In this document: positions 40,786 through 49,500 of the stretch, in pieces
How the letters are laid out: each line of letters starts with the position of its first letter
Position numbering within the stretch: position 1 is the first letter of the stretch
Source: a virus
Length of the DNA stretch: 64,000 nt
Strand: one strand, 5' to 3'
IMG/VR virus record: IMGVR_UViG_3300033148_004259
Location: 1 to 64,000 of that record
Notes under the pieces: generated by a model
Database searches by the model: none
What the model was told of the DNA's origin: nothing
What the model saw: only the letters and a program-made list of their open reading frames with translations
Program-made: the position numbers and the translations under genes

Positions 40786-42333
40786 TTAAAATTTGGTCAT
40801 ACCCGTGGGAACAAGGAAGGCCGTCGAATCTCCATTAAGGCCAGCGGGCCAGAAAAACAGCGTGTCGCCTCGCCAGTACAAGCCCTCGACCCTGTAAGCT
40901 ACCCCGGCTCTGGCAGCGAATGAAATCGAAGAAAGCCCGGCTGCGGCCCTGCGGTTATGGTCATAGGTATATAATGCGATAGTGTTGTTACCTGAGGCCC
41001 AGGTCCCGGAGACAGCAGTCCAGTTAATCCCGTCCAGGCTGGCCCCGCCGACAGCGGATGTCCCCTGGTGGGTCAGGCGCCAGTGCACCCTGTCGCCGGG
41101 TGAGACCGCAAAAGCCGCAGTCTCATTATCGCCGGTTGTCTCCAGGGTAAGAACATTGCTGCTGATATACAGCCCCTTGCCGTGCGAGTAGAACAGTCCG
41201 ACCGTACCCGCGGAACCTACCACATCCGTGATACCATGAGCGTCCCAGTCCCCGAACGATGCCGCCGAAATGATTTTTGACAGATGATTGTCCGCACACA
41301 TCAGCCTTACTTTGTCCGATTCCTTGACAATCCATATATTTTTGTTTCCATCAAGTAACCAGTCATCGTCGAGGGGAGAGGGCCAAGCTCCGGACTCCGC
41401 CTTGCGTACCATCTGGAAATTATCCACCGTCACTTTCGCCGTGCCTTGAGGCCCGTATAACACAAAACTCAGGCCCTCGATGTCGTTCCAGTTCGGCGAA
41501 TTGTCGACAGAGAACGAACTCTTAGTCACCTTGATGTAAGTCCAGCCGTACCTGGTCACCAGGCTCTTATCGATGTCGTAAAAGTAACGGTTGGTCTCGG
41601 TGGGCGAGGCATCCGAGGTGAACGACCAGCGGAACACCGGTCCCGAGGCGGCCAGGCTGTCATACCAGATATAAGTCGCCGAGCTGTCCAGGAAGAACGA
41701 ACAAGTGAGGTAATCGGTGTCCAGTGAGGTATCCTGGTCGGCAAAATGCGTCAAGTCCCGGTTTGCGAAATCGCAATATCCGCCGTGTCCGCCGGAGCTG
41801 CCTGTAAGCTCGATGGCCTGCTTGTCAGTCTTATAATTTGTGGCATCGTCGGCGTGCGTGCCGCCACTTGCGTTGCCCCAGTTGGCGTAATCATCCGTGC
41901 CGGTGATCTGGATTGTCCGAGATTCAAAATTCTTTTTAAGATTGAGGCTCAGGCCCCGCACATCCAGCAGAGAATCACTGACGACCCGTCCGGCGCTGTC
42001 CGGCATTTCGGCCCGTGCAGCGGAAAGATCGGCCCACACTCTTACCAGGGAGTCTATCACCACCCTGGAGGCGGAGTCCGGCATTTCCCCCCGTGTGGCG
42101 GATAAGTCTGTCCACACCCTTGCCAGAGAATCTACCACTACTCTGGAAGCACTGTCCGGCATCTCACTGCGCGCAGTGTCCAAGCTGTCTCCGGCAGCAG
42201 TACCTATGGAATCCAGGGTTTCAACAAGACCCATTGGGCGCTGGTCGCCTAAGTACCCTCGGCGTTGGGCTGCGGTGTCGTGCGCAATGCCAAGCCAGCA
42301 AAGAAGTCCGATTATCCAGATGCATTTTCTCAT
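40786..42333 (-). CDS. Secreted or anchored protein with three 26-aa tandem repeats (515 aa), tail-accessory/receptor-binding candidate
   Basis: GAGGUG RBS before the ATG at 42333 (track start is GTG 42339). Signal-like N-terminus. EMPDSASRVV(V/I)DSL(A/V)RVW repeated three times. Beta-rich C-terminus. Confidence 0.75.
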   Translation of the reverse strand: MRKCIWIIGLLCWLGIAHDTAAQRRGYLGDQRPMGLVETLDSIGTAAGDSLDTARSEMPDSASRVVVDSLARVWTDLSATRGEMPDSASRVVIDSLVRVWADLSAARAEMPDSAGRVVSDSLLDVRGLSLNLKKNFESRTIQITGTDDYANWGNASGGTHADDATNYKTDKQAIELTGSSGGHGGYCDFANRDLTHFADQDTSLDTDYLTCSFFLDSSATYIWYDSLAASGPVFRWSFTSDASPTETNRYFYDIDKSLVTRYGWTYIKVTKSSFSVDNSPNWNDIEGLSFVLYGPQGTAKVTVDNFQMVRKAESGAWPSPLDDDWLLDGNKNIWIVKESDKVRLMCADNHLSKIISAASFGDWDAHGITDVVGSAGTVGLFYSHGKGLYISSNVLTLETTGDNETAAFAVSPGDRVHWRLTHQGTSAVGGASLDGINWTAVSGTWASGNNTIALYTYDHNRRAAAGLSSISFAARAGVAYRVEGLYWRGDTLFFWPAGLNGDSTAFLVPTGMTKF

Positions 42334-42340
42334 GGTCACC

Positions 42341-42595
42341 TCAGTTTGTTACTCGCTCGGGCGTCCAGATTTCGAGCAAAGTTTGATGTTTTCTGGTAAG
42401 TACGCCGACAATGTCATAGCGTGTGCTGTGCTTGCACGTAAGCATCCCTGTAATGTCAAATCGGGATTGGTGTTTTCGTGTGAAATTGGCCACAACATCG
42501 AATCGGCTTTGGTGTTTGCGTGTTTTAAATATCCGGACCGTACCTGTCGCGAGAAGATGCAGGTACGAGTATTCCGGCCAATGGCTACTGAGCAT
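42341..42595 (-). CDS. 84-aa protein with four 14-aa tandem repeats (TRKHQSRFD core)
   Basis: ATG lies 1 nt after the upstream stop. Repeat copies differ by synonymous codons (CGC/CGA, AGC/TCC, TTC/TTT, GAT/GAC). Confidence 0.5.
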   Translation of the reverse strand: MLSSHWPEYSYLHLLATGTVRIFKTRKHQSRFDVVANFTRKHQSRFDITGMLTCKHSTRYDIVGVLTRKHQTLLEIWTPERVTN

Positions 42596-42596
42596 C

Positions 42597-42941
42597 TTAA
42601 CCCCCCAACACTATGCGGTACAGCCAGTGGCCCAACAAGGCTCCGAACCCATAGACGAACGCGTCCAGAACGCACTTTTGCTGGAAGAATATGACCTGGT
42701 CGTCTCCGGCACCCCACCTGTAGGGCCTTTCTTCGGGTCCGAGCTTCCAAAGAGGTTTGCCGCACCATTTGATTGGATCCCACAGTCCCTCCTTGATTGC
42801 CGCATACACGCAGAGGGCTCCGAGATTCCATGGTCGGAGCCACGGGAAGAACCCCGCTCCGACCCCTATCAGGACGTGAATGAGTTCGCGAGTCCAAAGA
42901 GACTGGCTAAATGGGCCTTGCGGACGCGTGTGCAGTGTCAT
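42597..42941 (-). CDS. Membrane protein (114 aa)
   Basis: Hydrophobic segments (LIHVLIGVGAGFF, LGALCVYAAI, FVYGFGALLGHWLY). Confidence 0.6.
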   Translation of the reverse strand: MTLHTRPQGPFSQSLWTRELIHVLIGVGAGFFPWLRPWNLGALCVYAAIKEGLWDPIKWCGKPLWKLGPEERPYRWGAGDDQVIFFQQKCVLDAFVYGFGALLGHWLYRIVLGG

Positions 42942-42947
42942 GGTGCC

Positions 42948-43472
42948 TCACTTGTATATGCTGGCCCAGTGGTTGTGGTTGTTATACCAACTCCAGACCC
43001 GGATCTCTATGACATCATCCGTGTCCGGTGTAATAGAACTCATGGGGAAGAAAATCTGGGTGTTCTCCGGATTCGACTTTCGAATGGCCTTAATGGTGGT
43101 CCCGACCATGATTCCGTACCAGGCCTCGGTTTCGCCCCCAGCCTCGATAACACTCATGCTCTCTGCCCCCGTGAACGTGAAAGCCAAAAGCTGGGTTCCC
43201 TTGTTCAGGCGTACGTTGGCTCCATCGGCATGGGAAGCGGCTCCAGCACCGCCGCCACGGGTGCAGCCGGTGTACGTAGGCCCGCCGGTTCCTATCGTGA
43301 TGATCTCCATGTCGATGATGACCTCGTCTCCATCAGCGAAGACATCGTCGTCACACACGATAGTGGTCGTAACATCGTCGATCCCGCCGTTGAGCTGTGT
43401 TGCGTTCTGAGCTACCAGAACGCCCGGGTCCCCGGTCGATGCTACGAACAAGTCGTCAATTGCAGTGGGCAT
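42948..43472 (-). CDS. Virion structural protein (174 aa)
   Basis: AGGAGG RBS. The N-terminal segment shares a motif with 58287..58907 (LNGxIxDxVTTI...RGxxG...H(A/S)DG). Confidence 0.7.
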   Translation of the reverse strand: MPTAIDDLFVASTGDPGVLVAQNATQLNGGIDDVTTTIVCDDDVFADGDEVIIDMEIITIGTGGPTYTGCTRGGGAGAASHADGANVRLNKGTQLLAFTFTGAESMSVIEAGGETEAWYGIMVGTTIKAIRKSNPENTQIFFPMSSITPDTDDVIEIRVWSWYNNHNHWASIYK

Positions 43473-43516
43473 GTTGCGTTCCTCCTACATTAATCTATGG
43501 ATTTATCGACCCGAAG

Positions 43517-46500
43517 TCAAAAGGTTTCGGGGGCTGTGGCTCTGTCAGCCTTCCAAGCGTGATATTCCTTGATGTAATAGTCCCGGCCGAACTTTATTAC
43601 GGCTTCGGGAAGCTCGGGAGCTCGCGCTCTTCCAGACTTGATAACACCGCTTGGGCGTACACCCAGGACAAACAGAGCTTTGGCATAGTTTTCGGCCATG
43701 CCCATACTATTGGCTTTGATGGACCGCCAAAATTTCGAGTAGTAGTAAGCCTTAACCCCGGCCTCAGCTTCCCTACGGGCCTTCTTATAGTTCACGTTAT
43801 TGAGCTTACAGGCCTCTGCGATTTGCTTCTCCAGGTGTGGGGTCCCTTTCCAGAGCGTATAATGGAGCTTGGTGGTCTTACCGCGTATACCACCCATGGC
43901 GACCTTAGCCTTAGCAAAGAGAAGGTCTTCATGTGCCCGAATGGCCTTCCAGTGGGTCATGCCCTTACGCATTGGAAACGAGAGCAATGCGTTGTTCTCG
44001 CCGAACGAGTAAGGCTTGAGCTTCTCCATGGCTCCCTTCCATATAAGAGTCGCACGCTGGTAACCCTCCAGGTCCGGAGCTTCCCAAGGCATCGGAAAGT
44101 CGGAGCCAAGCTGGTGGCCAAACAGAACTTCTCCGAGGTATCGAGCAACCGGCGAGCTCTTGTGGCCCATACTTCTGAGCGGCACGAACGTCTCGTGGAT
44201 GTCCACTCCCCATCTCGGGATCTCGCGCCCGGCCTTGCCGAGAGCAATGTAGCGCCTTGCATAGTCGCCCTGCGAGTACCGGTCTTTGTTCCATGGCATG
44301 GCATCGTAGACGTTCGTGTAGTCCACATCCCACTCATGGCCATGTTCGTTTTCCCACGGAAACTTTCCGCTCAATATGTAGTTCGCGATGATCGTGGTCA
44401 ACAGCACGGTCGCTATGTAACGGCGCCAGTGCTTCCGGTAGATGCTCCGACTGAACCGAAATTTGTTTAAGTCGCGCGGGTCTATTTTACCCGCCTTAAG
44501 CAGGTTCTTTGCCTCCAGGGTCACGCCCTCGAATAGACCACCGAAAGTCTGAAGCTGGGCAAGAGTCCAATCTGGAGATAGGAGGCTCTGGGACAGCCAC
44601 CAGATAACTCTGGGATCCCGAAACACTGTGTTGTACCACTCTAAACCGCCGTAGTTTCGGTTGGCGTACTGGGCCGCGACCTCTTTTATCTTGTGGATCG
44701 GGAGATCGGTCTTCCTGATTCCATCCGTTACTATCTTCATGTATGTTATGGCCTTGACATTGTCAACGTTGTCCCACAACAGACTTTGCGTGACCCCATA
44801 GGTCTTGCGCACTCCCTTAGCTCCCATGTAAGCAAATCGCAGAGCGTCCTTCCACGCGCCAGCCTCCTGCTTGCCTACTATGGTGGCGAGGTGATTCTCC
44901 AGAGACCGGAGCATCTTTTCCATCTGGTTGATGCCTTCGGTGTGGATTCTGCCGAACTGGAGTCCCGCAAGCTGCATATCACGCTTGAACTCCGGAATGT
45001 CGATGAGAGTCCGTCCGGCCTTGAGAATCCCAATGTGGTATTTCGCGCCGAATTTTTGTGCCTGCTTGCCGTAGAATCCGCCGACGAATGGGAGTACGCG
45101 CCAACCAAGGGCACCGGCTGCAGAGAACCACTCGGCCTGATGATGAAAGCCAGAAAGCAGCGTGAGCTCGAAAGCTTTGGCCGTATAGTTCGCAGCCTGA
45201 AGAAGCCTGGCCACTTTGTTGTTTGGTGCCTCGGCAAACAAACCGTCCATGAGCCACTTGATTTCAGGGTGCACTGCCACTACGTTGGACCTGCTTATGA
45301 TTATGCGTTTGCCCTTCTGGGGCCGGACAATGTACTTCTGTATATGCTTGTAGTGCACTTGGGGCCAGCGAAGCTTGAGCTGGTCTGCCTTATTTGGATC
45401 CATAATGACAGGAAGACCTTCAGGACCGTGCACCCTGGCCAAGGTAGTCAGGAAGGCCGAGTTGATGGCCGCCCTGAAGTTGATATTGGCCCACCCTTCG
45501 AGCGCCCCATGCAGGGTTCGAACTCGGGGTACAAGACCGAGATCAACTGCCAGGCCAAGCGTTGGAAGAACGCGGTGACGTCGAGACTGCGTAAATTTGA
45601 GCCACCTTGATACACCACCCTGAGTCTTGGTACTGAATGGCCGCTCGTATAAGTGGGGCGCAAAGTGTTCGAGAAATCTGATGTACTCAGCTTCTCCGAC
45701 TGTTCGTTTATACATGTTTGCGTACTGTCGGTCAAGCTCCAACCAAGCCTCGAAGACGGCCATAGCCTTGTCTTCCTCCTTGGTGGTCCCGCGCTTCTTG
45801 ATGCTCTCGTAAGTTTCGCCAGTATAAGGGTTTCGATTACCCTTTTCAATCTTGTCTGCCCACTCCGTGAGGGCTTTCTTTTTCGCGGGGTTACGCCGAC
45901 GCGCAGCGAGGCGGCGAAGTGCCTCGACTTGGCGCACGGCCGCTGGCCCCTCGACGAGAACCATAAGATCGGCATGTCTACTTTCCTCTGGCACGAGTTG
46001 TTGAATCTTCTCCATGGCCGGGCCGGTTGCTCCGTACAGAGCCTTGAAGTGGCGGTCGTCCATCAGGCCCAGAAACTTGACCCCTTCGTAGAGATCCCGG
46101 TCGGAGCTGAACTTGAGAGGACCGGGCTTGTCCACAAGCCGAAGCGTGGACTTCTCTGCCGATGGGATCTTGAAAGCTTTACGGAGATCCTTTGCGATAG
46201 GAGGCTCTTTATAGCCCTCATTGCGGTACATGTGCATAATGGCTATAGCGTTCAAGACCTCCTTATTCTTTGCCATCTTACGGACCAGCTCTTCTGTCAT
46301 CTTCGGAGCCTTCCGCCTGGTGGCGCGGGGACTCAGGATGTAATGCGAGATGAAGTCCGCGAGTAACTCTGTATGGCGCGTAAGATACGAACGTGGCCAT
46401 GCTTTACCCAGAGCTTTGTTCTCGTCCGCCTCCTTCCAGAGAGTGGGCCTCATAATCCGACTGATCTTTTCGAGTTCGGCCCGGAGCTCACGGTCTTTAT

Positions 46501-49500
46501 ACTTGGTGCCCGGAAACCTCTTCGAGATAGCAAGCTGACCACCCGGGTAGTTCTTCTTGTTTAGGAGCCAGTCTATGTCATGTCCAATTTCGTGGGTGGC
46601 CGTGAGGACGTCTCGTATATCGTGAAGGCGTATTTCGCCTTCCGGCTTGCTTGGGTCGAACGTACCGAACAAAGTATGATGCAGGTTTTTATACCGGTAT
46701 GCGGGTCCGAGAGTACGGGCCGCCCATAATGTCCACATCCAGAAGTCGCGTCCCGTTTTCTTAATCGAACGGGGCCAAACAGGAAATCTGTCCACGTGGA
46801 TCTTCGCAAGTGACTGGATCTCCGGGACCTCCTCCTTCGGAATGTACTCGACAGGTTTGGTGGCCTGCATGATCTTGGCCGTGTTGTGCAGTTTCCAGAC
46901 GTATGAAGGCTCCTGTGAGATACCCCGCTGTAGGAAGAGAGCTCGTGGTCCCATCCATCTTTTCCAACTGGAAGAGGAAATCTCCGGATTGCCGACTTCG
47001 AGAAACACCGTATGGACGTGCGTCGGCAGATCCTTTATGGCCTGCTGAATCTTCGGTATGGCCGCTTCATTGAAGGTCAGGATCTCGGCAACGTTCTTGC
47101 CCGTGTCCTTATCGGTCAGGATCGAAAGCCGGTGATAGCCCTTTTCAAGGGCCTCGACAGTCGGGTCCCAATCCCGTGCGGGAGTGCCGCCCTCAAGGGT
47201 GATCTTGCCCATATCGTCCAGGTCGTACATGTGCTCTACGTGGAGAATTTCCGGGTCGCCGACGTGGACCTCTCCGTCCGGAAGAATCCAACCGCGGCCT
47301 TCGAGAGTCGTGCCTGGGATGAATCTCTGCTTTAAGGAGAACAGCGGTTGCGGTTTGCCGGTCAGGTCCCGAATCATCTGGGGTGTAAAGGTCAGGGAGG
47401 CCACCTGACGGGTTTCCTCTCCGAAGGGCATGGTCTCCCATTCGACCTTTGTTCCCCACTTCTTGACGTATTTGTTGGCTTCATTGATGAGCTGCTTGTT
47501 GTATAGGTTGATGGCCCACTCACCCCCCACCGCCAGATCGGTGCCTGTTACGGACGGCAACTCCATCTGGCTGTAATCTTCCTGCATGAGCTCTCTTACG
47601 AGGCCTTCTATGTAATCTTCGGCTTCCTCGAAAGTCGCGAGTTCGTCCGTTACCACTCCTCCATAAGCATCTTCCACGGTGTACGTCGTTCGTGGAATGC
47701 TCGGATCTTCCACCACCTCGATAGAAAAGGCATCTGCGTAATCTTCCAAACGCAGCCCTGCGAAATCTTCGGCCTGGGAACGCAAGTCATTGGCAATTTT
47801 CTTTTCGACGTATTGATCGAGTTTGTCCAGCGAAACGGAATACGCAGCAAGTTCGTGACCCTCGCCGTGCAAGGCCGTAAGCTCTTCTTCCACCGGATTG
47901 TAAGTGATCTCCTCGACGCCGTAGGTCCGGAGATCGTACAGGTCCGCTACCTGCTCTCCACTGGTGAAGGTGACCTTCTCATATCCATCCATGGCGGCCT
48001 GCCGGAGGAAAACCTTCAGACCCAACAGGGGCCACTTTTTCTTATGCGGGACGTCTGGGGGCACGTTGGTTGACGGTGATCTGCGTGCCAAGTTTTCCTG
48101 CTTTGCCGCACGGATGCGGTTCAGTTCTGCATGTAATGTTCGAATCAGTTCTTTCTCGGCGGGCGTGAACATCGTCGGGTCTTCTACTTGACCCATGCCG
48201 TAGAAAAGCTTTTCAAGCGCGGTTTCTATCTCATCTGGGCTGGGTACGTCTTGCTGGCCGTGAGGTCCAACGCCCTCTACAGGGTCGTACCATAGCATCC
48301 CTTCCAAGTATGGATGCTTGACGAGGTCCTTAGCCTTCTCAAATACGTTTACTAATTCTTGGTTAAGTTGCTCTGCCTCTGCTTGGAGGGCCGCTTTGTC
48401 CTTCAGGGTCAGGGATTTTGTGTATCCAAAAAGACGGCCTGACCGACGCAAATCGGATTGGAGCTCATCAAGGTGCCGGGTTGGCGTTCCTTCCGTCGTT
48501 TGCCGCTCCGTACTACGTATATGGAAGTTCAGAGAGAACTGTTCATCCGGGGTTTCAGCCGGAATCCTGAACCGGGGTTCACCAAAGTGTCCCATGAATT
48601 CGCGGCCCGGGGTTCCGATATATACCAGGTCTTCGCGATAATCAGTAAAGGGTCCGGGGGCCACGTACTTGTCCTGGTACAATGCCGTGCCCGTTTCCGG
48701 TGCATTCTCCCTGGCGACTCTCTGAGCACCGGCAACAGCATCGTATGTGTTGCTAAACCTCTCAAAGGAGCCCTCGGGATACTGCACCACGTAATAAGTA
48801 GAGGCGGCCCGGGCCGGGTCGAACAGGTCAAGATTGGCGTCCTCAACACGAGTAATGGTGTACTGTCCCCCAGATCGGTCTGTAGCCACGAAGGTATTGG
48901 GCTTGTCAGGATGGTCCTCCCATCTGAGAAAGGGACCTCGTCCGAAGCTCCGGACTATAAGTCGAGGCATGTTTTCGTCTATGTGCGCCAACAGCTCCTT
49001 GGCCGTTATCCTGGCATCGCCTTTACGGGTCTCCAGGGGACTGTCTTCCATAAACCAGGACATCTCTTCCTCGCGGAAGAAACCCTTTTTCTTCCAGGAG
49101 TCCAGGATCTTCTGAAATTGGCCAACCGTACCCTTGGCTGGCATTTTGGTCTGGATGACCTCTCGAAACTTGCTGTACCACTCACCTGCCTTCTGGGCCA
49201 TTGGAGTACGATCCAGAGGTTCGGCAGGCCGGGCCTGGCGGGCCTTGCGCAATGCGGAGGCAAACAGACCTTTGATGTCCTTGTCCGACCACTGGATCTT
49301 ACTTCCCAACTTCCGGAGCCACTTTTTGAAGAGAAAGCGCAGACGTTCCCACAGACCCGTATCCAGGTCGTCCTTATCTACATGGTCCCCGAGAACCTCT
49401 TCGGCGGCCATGCGGGGATCGGTCCAACCACGATCTCGGTAGGACTTTACTTCGGCCGGATACTTTTCCGCGACCATGTCCATGAATGGAGCATAGTCGT

